Notes under the pieces: model-generated
The model's database searches: none
Told to the model about the DNA's origin: nothing
The model's input: the letters and a program-made list of their open reading frames with translations, nothing else
Part shown: piece after piece, positions 40,164-49,795 of the stretch
How positions within the stretch are numbered: the stretch's first letter is position 1
Layout of the letters: each line of letters begins with the position of its first letter
Program-made: the position numbers and the translations under genes
Assembly (NCBI GenBank): GCA_963733055.1
Contig: CAVTBR010000003.1
Coordinates: forward strand, 704,001-768,000
From: Candidatus Bathyarchaeota archaeon
GTDB taxonomy: Archaea; Thermoproteota; Bathyarchaeia; 40CM-2-53-6
Length of the DNA stretch: 64,000 nucleotides
Direction of reading: 5' to 3'

Positions 40164-41994
40164 CTAGGTTAAGACTCGAATTCTCTGTTTTGAGACGAGA
40201 GCGCGCAAGAGGCTCCGGCCTAGATCGGACTTCTTTGACACTCTGATCTGACCCTTCTTCCCAATTGTTGCTGAGAATAGATACTGGTCGCCGACGTAGA
40301 CATTAGCAACCGTTCCAGTTAGGCTTTCATCGAAAACGATGTCAATCCGATTACCTACCTCCCTTATCTCGTACCTCGTTTCTTTTCCGGACGAACTTGG
40401 AGCGAGAGGCTCCACATCAATCTTAACCCCGAGCTTCTCCTCGAGTTTAGTGACCGTCACGCCCTTCTTGCCGATGAGGATCGGAACAATGTCGTTGTCG
40501 ACTCGGACGACGGCTCGATTGTCGGATACCAGTGTTACCTCAGCGTTGGGATCGAAATGCCTGATCTCCTGAGTTATCCTTTCCTCCGCCAGCTTCCGCG
40601 CCCCGCTTACCGTTCGCTTGATTTCGCTGACTGGAATTATCACGTTCTCTTCGCCGAACGTGTAGATCTCGAATCGAAGGTTTCCTGTCTCGAAATCGTT
40701 TACCTCAACCACAGGCCTAGCTAAATCCGCCTCCGTCATTCCGGTTGGAACCTTTACGGTGAGGTTCAAGGTGAATAGGTCGCGCACCTCTCCATACTGG
40801 ATGAAGATTACCGTGTCGATTATGTGAGGGATCATGCCTAACTCTACTCGCCCAATGAAGCGTTGGATAGCGTTGATAGCCTCACTCGCGTGAACGACGC
40901 CGATCATGCCCACTCCGGCCAAACGCATGTCCGCGAATATCATGAAATCCTTACTCTTCCTCACCTCGTCGAAAACAGTGTAATCAGGCCGCACGAGGAG
41001 CAGGATTTCCGCGGTCTTCTCGAAATCGCCTTCCAACGGGCCGTACTGGGTTATCTCAGGTCCAACCTGCAGATCCCTTGGAGACTCGAGCGTCTTCACG
41101 ATCTTGCTCTTTTTCAAGTAGAATTCCGCCAGGGACGAGGCGAAGGTCGTCTTACCGGAACCTGGCGGCCCCGAAATGAGGATACCTTCGGCACCTGTTG
41201 CGAGACGCTCCATGAGCTTCTCGGAAAGCTTGTAGTCTTGTAGGGTGAGGCTTACGACCGGGCGTACGATGGTTACTTCCAAACCGTCCGATAAAGGCGG
41301 ACGGGTAATAGCGACCCTGAACCGGCCGAGCTGAATTACCATGGCGCCGCCGCGGTTGATTTCGACGAACCCCTCATCGCTTACACGGGTGGCCTCCGTG
41401 ACTTCTCGAATTATCTGTTCAACTTCCTGAACCGTGCTGAGGCTTTCGGACAGGGTAACCAGTTCAAATTTGCCCGGTTTACCTCTCTTCGCTAGCGGTT
41501 TCGTCCCTTCCTTCAAGTGGATACTGGAAGTGTCGGGGGTGAAGAATTTCTCAAACGCGAGGCCGGTCAGTTTAACCTCGCCTGGGATGTGCTTGACCTT
41601 CACGCCCGCGGCTTCTGCCGCCAAGGCTTGCACGTAGTCCGCGGTCAGTAGGGTTCCGTTCTCAGTTTTCGCGACATCGGTGATTAGGGCGTCGAGGCGG
41701 CCGCTTCTGGCGAGCATAATGTCGTTGTAGCCGGGTCGCTCCCCCAAGAATGTGAGTTTAATCCCCTTACTCTCGCAAAGAACTCTTAGTTTCTTTATTT
41801 CTTCTAACCCAATGAAGCCTGTTTCGCGACCTTTCGAAGCTTGAGCTTGCAGTTCATCTAGGACCGCGCGGTGGGATGATAATTTCAACATCTCCCAATC
41901 CTTCCTTCTCTATGATGGATGGCACCTTTCCGTCGATGATTATCGATGTATCGGGAACGAATTTCTCTGTCAACTCTAAATCCTTACGCGCCAT
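40164..41994 (-). CDS. PIN-domain/VirB11-like ATPase with KH domain (PINA-type; frameshift near 41870)
   Basis: VPDTSIIIDG (PIN), GPPGSGKTT, ESPRDL, RPDYTVFDEVR, ILIGKKG (KH). Confidence 0.92.
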
Positions 41995-42087
41995 GACTAG
42001 AGAACTCTCCATAAAAACAGTACCAACCGAAACAGGCGATTGAGAATCGAACATCTATTATCGATGAACGCCTCGGAACTGTAAGCG

Positions 42088-42616
42088 ATGAAGTTGGAGC
42101 AGCGAATCTCATCCAAAAGCGTGTACAACGGCAGAATCCTCAACCTACGTCTTGACGAGGTAAGGATCGAAAACGGGAAACTCGCGAGCCGCGAAATCGT
42201 TGAACACCGAGGAGCCGCAGCCATAGTGCCTATTCTTCCGGGAGGCAACGTGATCCTCGTCCGTCAGTACCGATACGCCGTCTCCGCTGAACTCCTTGAG
42301 ATCCCCGCTGGAACGTTAGAGCGCGGCGAGGACCCGAAGGTCTGTGCGGGACGAGAGTTAGAGGAAGAAACAGGGTACACTTGTCGAACCCTTGTTAAGA
42401 TTCTGGAATGCTTTGTAGCACCCGGCTACAGCACCGAGAAGATCCACATTTACTTGGCCAAAGACTTGACGAAGACGCAGACGAGATTGGAAGAAGATGA
42501 AAACCTTACCGTTGAAAGTTTCCCATTCCAAACGGCCTTAGAGAAGATCCGGACCGGGGAAATACGGGACTGCGAAGACAATAGCCGGTCTTCAAGGCAC
42601 AGCAAAACTACTCTAA
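42088..42616 (+). CDS. NUDIX hydrolase (ADP-ribose pyrophosphatase-like; 1-nt insertion near 42571)
   Basis: EIPAGTLE..EDP..CAGRELEEETG; removing one base restores IRDAKTIAGL ending at TAA 42616. Confidence 0.9.
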
Positions 42617-43197
42617 TTCACAATCCCGATCTTGAAAAAATCAGGGTAACCGGCGGATATCATTCTTGAGACATTGTCTCGAAGATGGTCTATGTTCACA
42701 CCGAAATGTTCTGAATGATGATCAGACAATTTACTTTGGGCCCGACGCATCACGCTGAGAGTAACCGCCAGTTCATTCTTTTGTAAATGAACGAGTGCGG
42801 CGGCGAGAAGGATTAGGCCCTGGAGTATCTCCTTATCAGTTCCGGCAGCCTTCAACCATGCCGACTCCAGTGCTTCGTGGCTTTCCCAGAACCTCTCATC
42901 ATTGAAGAACTGAAGTCCCTGTCGAATCGCATCCCCGGGTTCCATTTGCGGGCTTGGGATGTCAAGCTCCCTTAGAGTAAGCAGTGGCCCTAACTCGTTC
43001 TCTAGAGACTTCGTTGCTTGCTGCAGATTGCCCTTTGAGTCTAGCAGCAGATCCAACTCCACAGCTGAGCTACTAACTCGAAGATTCCCAACATCTCCGC
43101 CAAACTCCTTCACCACCCGGTATGATCGCAGCGTCAAATCTCTCGCATCCTTAGGCGCAAACTGTGATCGATTCGATAGCCTAAGCAGGAATCTCAT
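42613..43197 (-). CDS. DUF309 domain protein
   Basis: FFNDERFWESHEALESAW, QGLILLAAALVH. Confidence 0.88.
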   Translation of the reverse strand: MRFLLRLSNRSQFAPKDARDLTLRSYRVVKEFGGDVGNLRVSSSAVELDLLLDSKGNLQQATKSLENELGPLLTLRELDIPSPQMEPGDAIRQGLQFFNDERFWESHEALESAWLKAAGTDKEILQGLILLAAALVHLQKNELAVTLSVMRRAQSKLSDHHSEHFGVNIDHLRDNVSRMISAGYPDFFKIGIVN

Positions 43198-43288
43198 CGA
43201 GACACGCCTGGCACTCTAATTGAGAGTGGGGGTATTTGACAACAGCTATAACGATGTGCAAGGGTGTCACCCGTGAATCGGTTCGGAG

Positions 43289-43711
43289 TTGCAATCCAAG
43301 GTGTCAACAACGCAGGAGTATGTGATTGACGGGAATGATTTCAATAAGAAACTCGATCCCTTGAACCTTGAAGCTTTCCAGCCGACGGGTGAACTCCACC
43401 AAATGTTAACCGGTCAAGTGTTCGAAGCCGTTGAGAAGAAAGTCATTAAGGGATTGGCTGACGAGATTGAGAAGACTAAACCTCAAACAGTTCGATTCGT
43501 AAACCTTGAGGCCCTAGCTACGGGCCCACACAAAGCCTACCTATACCCAATATGCGGCTCCCTCGCCGCCCTCATCGAGAACCTCAAGGCTAAGGGAATT
43601 CAGGTTACCGGCACAATCCAGAACCCAATGCTGTTACCATGGCATTTGGTTGCAAAGCTAGACGCGAACTTCAAAGGCATACCAGCCCCAGGACAAATCG
43701 AACCACCCTGA
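43289..43711 (+). CDS. hypothetical protein
   Basis: 140-aa ORF with protein-like composition occupying an intergenic slot. Confidence 0.65.
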   Translation: MQSKVSTTQEYVIDGNDFNKKLDPLNLEAFQPTGELHQMLTGQVFEAVEKKVIKGLADEIEKTKPQTVRFVNLEALATGPHKAYLYPICGSLAALIENLKAKGIQVTGTIQNPMLLPWHLVAKLDANFKGIPAPGQIEPP

Positions 43712-43791
43712 ACCCAATCCTAGAAAGGCCTGGACCTACGTGAGAAACGGTTAATTGTGAGCTTGAAAATTCATCACACGAGGAAACAGAT

Positions 43792-44253
43792 TTGTCAGTT
43801 GATGTAGGCCAAAAAATGTTAGACTTCCAACTTCCGGACCAGAACCGAAAGCAAAGGTCATTGAAGGAGTTTCAAGGAAAGAAGGTAGTCTTAGCGTTCC
43901 TCCCGGGAGCGTTCACGGGCGTATGCGATAAAGAGATGTGTACGTTCAGGGATTCTCTGCAAAACCTGCCGGGTCAGGTTGTTGCGGTCAGCGTGAACGA
44001 TCCGTTCACGAACAAAGCTTTCGCGGACGCGAACAAGCTACAGTTTCCAATACTCAGCGACTACATGAGAGAGACGATCAAGAAACTGAACATCGTTCAC
44101 AACGATTTCGCAGGATTGAAAGGATATACCGCCGCGAAGAGAGCCGTGTTCGTACTAGACCCTTCTGGGACGGTTCGCTACAGGTGGATATCGGACGACC
44201 CTGGGAAGGAACCAAACTACGACGAAGTCAAATCCGCCTTAGCCAAGCCCTAG
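43792..44253 (+). CDS. peroxiredoxin (BCP/AhpE-like)
   Basis: PGAFTGVCDKEMC, FPILSD, RAVFVLD. Confidence 0.93.
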   Translation: MSVDVGQKMLDFQLPDQNRKQRSLKEFQGKKVVLAFLPGAFTGVCDKEMCTFRDSLQNLPGQVVAVSVNDPFTNKAFADANKLQFPILSDYMRETIKKLNIVHNDFAGLKGYTAAKRAVFVLDPSGTVRYRWISDDPGKEPNYDEVKSALAKP

Positions 44254-44275
44254 ATAAACCAGTGACTTAGAAAGC

Positions 44276-44310
44276 GGGTGTCCGACACAGCGGATGACAC
44301 CCTGATTTTT
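44276..44310 (+). terminator. hairpin plus T-tract after the peroxiredoxin gene
   Basis: GGGTGTC...GACACCC stem followed by TGATTTTT. Confidence 0.45.
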
Positions 44311-44623
44311 CCGGACTCGAAGGGTTAACCCCGCCCCCTCCTCTCGCTAGTAGGGCGTTGAGTCCCTCTTCAATAGGACACTCAGGCGTGCTCCCATTAA
44401 CAACTCGAGGCAACCACGGGATTGAAATGGGTTCCAGTTGGATTCAACTGTGTCCCAATTCAGCCGCATTGTGATATGGGTACCTACCACACACGGTTCG
44501 TCCCGTGCCGAAGATAATTGTAGAGCGCACTCTGGCACGATCTGGTGCAACTATGGCACAGTTCTCAGCCGCCATCCCCACTCTACTGAATGAGGAGTGA
44601 GTAGGTTAAGGCTGCGCGCCGGA
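44310..44623. ncRNA. candidate large structured RNA (or MITE-like element), unassigned
   Basis: Nested long-range complementarities and internal hairpins, no credible ORF; strand unresolved. Confidence 0.5.
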
Positions 44624-44836
44624 TTCGCATGATCATGTGAAGGGGGTGCTTTGACGGACGGTTTCTTGGGTTTGCTCTATCTGAGTTTGGGTTTCGAGTA
44701 AAGTTAATTTAGAGACCTCACAATTTTCCTTGTCAAGGTCGAGCCGTTGAGAAGGAATAGCCTTCCATAGCATTCCGAACCGATTTTTCCTAGAATTATC
44801 TGGACCCATTTGCGTTTCTTTGCTTGGAGGCCGGTT

Positions 44837-45764
44837 TTGATGCATAGGGGGAATCGCCTTCCAGTTTGGGAGGGCAACTAAGCGCAGCTACTTCGGTAAC
44901 GAAATCTCAAAGCAGCCACTGAAGACTCAAGAAATAACCGAGTCTTGCATTACTACAGGTTTCGACTTTCATTTCATCGATGCCGAATGGCAAAGAAACT
45001 ACATGCCCCCAAGCGAACTAGACTCCTTACTCAGTTGGGTTGAGGAACTAGAATCTAACCTAACGATCGTCGTAACCGTCAATGCGAGGCATCGATCCGC
45101 CTTCGATCTGATCGCCGAATACACTGAATCCATGAGACAGCACGATAATGGCGGGCTTTGCTTTGTCGCAGGTAATCCCACGTACCTATGCGAAGAGGAA
45201 TGTGAGTTGGATGGCGAATCTAGAATCCTTGAGCTAGTCAAAACAAGTCGAAGTAAGCTTCCTTCCGCTCCCATATTTCTCGGATCTGAAGTCATGCATC
45301 CGTCGTCATTGCAGGTTGCGGCTAGTTACAACGTCATTCCGTTCATGCTTCTCGGTAAGAGGACGATGAGCACGTTAGCAGAGCGAAATTCCACCGACGG
45401 AGTCTCAGAATCGGCCGTCTATTGTCCCGCCTACTTATCCGCGCACAACGAAAAGAAACTAGTGAAAGCACTGGGACCCTATGCTCTTAGGCGAAGATGG
45501 GTCAGGAGAATGTTGAGAGAACGAGGATTACGGGTTGCGGATGTCAAGTCTCAGATCTCGAACGGTGGATTGACTGAGAGGACGACTGAGAGTTTGCTCG
45601 CGAATGCAATACGCGAGCTCGCCCTGTGCAAGGGAGATCATGCTGAACAAACCCTTCGCGGCCTTTCATCGTTGGGAGTGAGGTACGCCGCGGTGCTACA
45701 GGCGGAGGATAGTGGGGAGGAATTTGAACATCTCCGCAGGCTCGCGACTCAATTCAGTAATTAG
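44837..45764 (+). CDS. hypothetical alpha/beta protein (probable 1-nt indel in G run 44847-44851)
   Basis: Frame of ORF 45003-45764 is open about 50 codons upstream; GGAGG then TTG-ATG at 44837 joins it if one G is removed. Confidence 0.65.
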
Positions 45765-45798
45765 AAAAATGAGAAAAAAGGCGGGAGGAGGGATGGGT

Positions 45799-46407
45799 TT
45801 AGTCGATTTTGATTTCTTTGCCCTTTGGTCTAGGTTGGGTTTTGCGTAGGGTGATTTCTAGGACGCCGTTGTTGTATGAGGCCTTGGTGCTGTCGGGGTC
45901 TACGCCGGTCGGTAGTTGAACTTCCTTGTAGTACTTGTGGTTCGGTGAATCCACTCTGATCGTTAATGCGTCCTCGTTGATGCTGGTCTTTATGTCGGAC
46001 TTCTCGACGCCGGGTAGTTCCGCAACTACGCGCACTTGTGCTTGTTCGTTGATGACATCGACTAAGGGTTCACGGGTTTCTTTTGGTTCCAGGGCTGGTT
46101 GCTGCATGCCGAATGCGCCTGGGCGTCGGGATGGTTTCACGTTGCCGAACTCTTGTACGTTGGGCTTGCCGTCGGGGCCGATAGACATGGAGTAGCCGTA
46201 AACGAAGGGGCCGTACTGCTTCACGGTTGAACCGTCAGGTAGCTTTCTCTCAGTCATCATGTCCTTCGGCATACCCTTGAGCATGTCCTGGAACATGTTC
46301 TCGAACATCTCATCGACGTCGCCGAACCAGCGGTCCATCCAACCGAAAGGAGACTGCCTGCCCTTTCGTGACCTAAACCATTCGGGAAGGAATTCGTCTG
46401 AAGACAT
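45799..46407 (-). CDS. hsp20: archaeal small heat shock protein Hsp20
   Basis: GPFVYGYSMSIGPDGKP, REPLVDV, AELPGVEK, ASYNNGVLEI. Confidence 0.96.
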   Translation of the reverse strand: MSSDEFLPEWFRSRKGRQSPFGWMDRWFGDVDEMFENMFQDMLKGMPKDMMTERKLPDGSTVKQYGPFVYGYSMSIGPDGKPNVQEFGNVKPSRRPGAFGMQQPALEPKETREPLVDVINEQAQVRVVAELPGVEKSDIKTSINEDALTIRVDSPNHKYYKEVQLPTGVDPDSTKASYNNGVLEITLRKTQPRPKGKEIKID

Positions 46408-46436
46408 TTTCTTAATTCACCTCTGATAGGCTAGTT

Positions 46437-46485
46437 TGTTACCTTTAGTAACAGTCCGATATAAATATTGTTACGTAAGGTAACG
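46437..46485 (-). promoter_or_regulatory. hsp20 promoter: TATA box flanked by two GTTAC-N5-GTAAC operator-like palindromes
   Basis: TGTTAC-CTTTA-GTAACA 46437-46453; ATTTATAT on minus strand 46459-46466; TGTTAC-GTAAG-GTAACG 46469-46485. Confidence 0.7.
46471..46478. repeat. 8-bp palindromic target site duplication TTACGTAA, copy 1
   Basis: Identical 8-mer at 49323-49330 and 52117-52124, each abutting GGTAAC/GTTACC element ends. Confidence 0.9.
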
Positions 46486-46540
46486 TCAAGTCCTCGGTTG
46501 ATAGGTTAGTTTCTTGTTGTTGTAAAAAAGCGGTTGATAA

Positions 46541-47110
46541 CTAGGACTTTGACTTAGGTCGGAGTAGAAGTGCGTCGGTCGTATCTTGCCTAATATCTGT
46601 AAGGCCCTTTCTTATCGAGGACTTATACGCATCGGAATATCGAGCATATCGGTTGTTGAGCGAATCGAAAACTCGAAGGTGCTCATCATCATAGCCAACT
46701 ACTGTGAACATATGCTTGTTGCCATTAAGTTGGCCCGTGTAAACATCGTGCGATGGAACGGAGATTATGTAAGGTAGTCCGTCATCCACACCTTTTTCCA
46801 GAGCGATAATTAGGTCTTCGAATGTCTTGAAGTCGGATGCGGGAAAATGTTTAGGCGTTCGTGACCAAGCTAAGTCTTCATGCGTCGAAAGAGGCGGCTC
46901 TGTGTAAGACAAAAGCCCAATGTCTGACTCAGGTTTTCGCATTCGTGCATTACACGCTGATATGAAAACTTCAGAAAGCGCATTTTGGTTTATCTTCGAA
47001 TCAGGTACGTGATAACGCGTAACGGCTTCAACATTCGCAAATGTACACCACCACCAATCTGCTTGCCGTACGCCGAAAGGGAAATCGTCGAACCTTGGTA
47101 TGCACTTCAT
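46541..47110 (-). CDS. papain-fold (C39-like) peptidase, cargo
   Basis: VRQADWWWC...KHMFTVVGYD...RVFDS gives Q-C-H-D catalytic order; start overlaps the transposase stop. Confidence 0.65.
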   Translation of the reverse strand: MKCIPRFDDFPFGVRQADWWWCTFANVEAVTRYHVPDSKINQNALSEVFISACNARMRKPESDIGLLSYTEPPLSTHEDLAWSRTPKHFPASDFKTFEDLIIALEKGVDDGLPYIISVPSHDVYTGQLNGNKHMFTVVGYDDEHLRVFDSLNNRYARYSDAYKSSIRKGLTDIRQDTTDALLLRPKSKS

Positions 47111-48261
47111 GTAAGCTCTTTCATGTTTCTTGCTTCTTTTGCGTTTTGGATGAGCGTTAGCCACTTGTTTTCACCGCTTATGGTTATTCCCGCTACTTCT
47201 GCCGGAGTTTTGCCGTTCAATGCCGTGTGTGGTCGTATGTAGTTGTGAAATAATTGATAGCCCCTAAGTATGGGACTGTCGGGCTTTTCGAGGGTACGCA
47301 TTACACGTTCTCGGTCACGGATTTCCCCGTTCATGCGTTCCATTTTGTTATTGTGAACCGTTCCATCGAAGCGTATGTCGCGTATGTGTTCGGGACGATT
47401 CGCTAGTTTGCTTGTGTAGAACTCGTCGTTGAATGCTTCATGAAAGTTAGGCGCACCGTCAGTAATGAGGGTTCTGGGGTTCTTGTGTGCGATTGCCTTA
47501 GCTTGTTTAAACAGCGGTCGAATGTCAGCCGAATACTTGGTATCGGCTACCTCTTGCGCTATCCAGAAACGGGTTTGGTCATCCATTAGAGCGTAGAGAT
47601 ATTTCATGTTGCCATGAACTTTCAGAAAGAGTTCATCGGCTCTCCAAGTATCGCTTACCTGCGGTGTGATTTTGTCTAAGTATTTCTCCATCAGAGCCGT
47701 GTATTTCTCAATCCAGTTGTAAACGGTTTGGTGGCTAACCTGAGTGCCCAACAGTCTGAGTGACCGAGAAGTATTTCTGAGGCTCTCACCGGAGAAATAA
47801 AGTTGCATAGCCGTTGTGATAGCTTGCGGGTTGTGCTTCATGCGCTCGAAACCTAGATTCACGCTAAAGGTTCTATGACAATCCGCACAGAGGAATCGCT
47901 GAATGTCGCCGTACTTGTTGTGTCTGCACCCGAACTTCTTCAGGTTTGAGGATTGGCAGAATAGGCAGGATGTAATCGAAACGGGTTCAATCACGTTTTC
48001 TTTGACTTTCTCCCTTATCCTGAGGCTGAACTCTACAGCCCAAATGTGCTTACATCTTAAAATCTGGTGAAGCTCTGAGGCTCGGTAGTGGAAATCTAAA
48101 CAATCACAAATCCATGAACCGTTCTCGCGACGAATAACATCATACATTCCATGTCCGTTCTGAGAAGCTACCTTGTAACTGCGCTCATCCATGCGCTGAA
48201 TTTGGTTTGGTTTCTCAGCGATTAGTCGGCCTCTTTCTTCACGGGAGAGAACTGTTTGCAT
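47107..48261 (-). CDS. IS6-like DDE transposase with N-terminal SWIM finger and zinc ribbon
   Basis: CDCLDF..CKH (SWIM), CLFC..CADC, HTH (LYFSGESLRNTSRSL), WRADE / LITDG / NNKMERMNG, HNYIRPH. Confidence 0.92.
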   Translation of the reverse strand: MQTVLSREERGRLIAEKPNQIQRMDERSYKVASQNGHGMYDVIRRENGSWICDCLDFHYRASELHQILRCKHIWAVEFSLRIREKVKENVIEPVSITSCLFCQSSNLKKFGCRHNKYGDIQRFLCADCHRTFSVNLGFERMKHNPQAITTAMQLYFSGESLRNTSRSLRLLGTQVSHQTVYNWIEKYTALMEKYLDKITPQVSDTWRADELFLKVHGNMKYLYALMDDQTRFWIAQEVADTKYSADIRPLFKQAKAIAHKNPRTLITDGAPNFHEAFNDEFYTSKLANRPEHIRDIRFDGTVHNNKMERMNGEIRDRERVMRTLEKPDSPILRGYQLFHNYIRPHTALNGKTPAEVAGITISGENKWLTLIQNAKEARNMKELT

Positions 48262-48271
48262 CGCTTTCACG

Positions 48272-48323
48272 GCTACGATACTGTAGCCTAAGTTTAATAT
48301 AAGGCTTACTACGATATCGTAGC
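48272..48323. promoter_or_regulatory. divergent promoter with paired operator-like repeats (element 1)
   Basis: GCTACGATACTGTAGC and ACTACGATATCGTAGC, 36 bp apart, around TTTAATATAA. Confidence 0.65.
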
Positions 48324-48333
48324 TCTGAGAACA

Positions 48334-48516
48334 ATGGTCAGAAGAGAGATACTCGGCAAATCCGAGCGTAAAGTACTAGAGGCATACTTCAACGGTAAAC
48401 GAATGAAAGGATACACAACGCTCTTCACCCGAATACGGCAACTCGGACTAACCGCAATAATCGAGGGATGTGAACACGATCTAGCTTTGTTGAGAAAGTT
48501 GAAGGGCGTACTCTAG
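48334..48516 (+). CDS. conserved 60-aa element protein (putative regulator)
   Basis: Homologous to 50994-51185 (MVR..ILG..ER..LE.Y..G...KGYT.L..RIR..GL.AIIEGCEHDL). Confidence 0.85.
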   Translation: MVRREILGKSERKVLEAYFNGKRMKGYTTLFTRIRQLGLTAIIEGCEHDLALLRKLKGVL

Positions 48517-49207
48517 CCTAGAACCTGTGCTTCAACGCTTCCATTAGGTGTAGGCTTAAGTTCGATATGATGTAACTTGCCGTCAACGCTTGTTCTCAAA
48601 GTCAGCCTGAAAGGGGTTAGGTCTAGTCCAGATGCACCGGAAGCAACTCCCAAGAAGATTGTATCAACGCTTTCGATTGTAAAGGCTAACAGTACTGTAG
48701 TTTGCCCGCCGTTTCTAGGAATTGTCTCTCTAGATACATGATGGATTCTGTCTCCACGGAAAGCAATTGTATATGGTTGATGTTTGCCCGCTGTTATTTC
48801 CAAATCACCTTCAGGGATGTGCGCATAGGTCAGTGGAAGCTCAACTGGGAAGAAATGCTTACTTGGCGGTGTCGCAGCCGAGGGAACATTAGTCACGGTA
48901 CAATCCTTCGCGTCTGCCCTCCCGTTGTTTTGCAATTTCAGATACGTGAGGAACGCTTTCTTTGGGCCAAGGTTACTAACCTTACCCTTCTCATCTAGAA
49001 ATGTCACATTCTTCGTTTGATATTCCATTGGAGGAAGGGCTTCAAACTTTAGCTTCGGTTTTAGAAAAAAATGCGATAGACTAGCCAAAATGCTGGTATC
49101 CCAAAAAGGATACCAGTCTCTATAATCAAAATCAACTCCCCCCAACTCGCTAAGGGAGGAATCCCCGCTGTCGTCGTGGTCGCATTTTGTAGGGGAAACA
49201 TGGACAT
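48513..49207 (-). CDS. membrane-anchored cargo protein (probable indel in A run 49065-49071)
   Basis: ATG 49207 frame gives MSMFPLQNATTTT...LILIIETGILFGIPAFWLVYR (TM), joining LKPKLKF... of the listed ORF; the listed start 49310 lies inside the TIR. Confidence 0.6.
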
Positions 49208-49322
49208 CTTCTGTTCCGATTCCATATTTAACGCCTCTTAAGAAAGAAGCTGATTTCGAGCCATCAACCGAAATTTTACAACGAGAAGAACTAAGGCTAT
49301 CAACCGTCATCTTGACGTTACC

Positions 49323-49330
49323 TTACGTAA
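49323..49330. repeat. TTACGTAA target duplication, copy 2
   Basis: Centre of GTTACC-TTACGTAA-GGTAAC junction. Confidence 0.9.
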
Positions 49331-49426
49331 GGTAACGTTACCTTAACGGTTGACGGCTCAAATTCTTGGTGCTGTTACCGTTCGGTTGATTTACCGCCAA
49401 GCCTCTCAAGCAGACAGGGCTTACTC

Positions 49427-49795
49427 TTGTATGCTTACGCTATCGGCACTACCATATTGGGAATCGTGGCAGGTGTATGTGCCGCTTTATTCCAAAAACG
49501 CAAAGAAAGCGTAGATGACGATATTGGATACCTAGAAGTTGGACAATGGTCCGCTCAATTGTTTACCGTGGAGCATTTCAATGAGCGATTTGCTAACTAT
49601 CACATCTACATAGACCCTAGTACAATACCAAACACGCCAGAGGCGACAATGACAGCCCCCTATGCTGCTTGCAGATATTTTCTAAGTAGGTTGAAAGCAA
49701 TTAGAGACACTAGACGATTCACAGTTACCCTTTCCACCATTATCGCTGCTATTGCGATAGGCACAGCCGCGATACTATTCGCGTTTGGATTTTGA
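49427..49795 (+). CDS. two-TM cargo protein
   Basis: Hydrophobic N- and C-terminal helices; convergent with the transposase. Confidence 0.6.
   Translation: MYAYAIGTTILGIVAGVCAALFQKRKESVDDDIGYLEVGQWSAQLFTVEHFNERFANYHIYIDPSTIPNTPEATMTAPYAACRYFLSRLKAIRDTRRFTVTLSTIIAAIAIGTAAILFAFGF

Larger units (their letters stand above)
46479..49322 (-). mobile_element. IS6-like SWIM-DDE cargo transposon, element 1
   Basis: Imperfect ~60-bp terminal inverted repeats starting GGTAACGTCAAG, 8-bp direct repeats, DDE transposase, small divergent gene, two cargo genes. Confidence 0.9.

Noticed and set aside
44426-44499. Group II intron domain 5/6-like hairpins on the minus strand (GAACCGUGUGUG...CACAAUGCGGCUG, then a hairpin ending CCCAU)
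   Set aside because: The triad would be AAC with an A-C mismatch, the bulge is a single base, and there is no suitably placed GUGYG 5' end or room for domains 1-4.
44310-44623. RNase P RNA or SRP RNA
   Set aside because: The size fits, but neither strand has the RNase P GAGGAA.../ACAGAA...GGCUUA regions or the SRP helix 8 motif with AGCAG.
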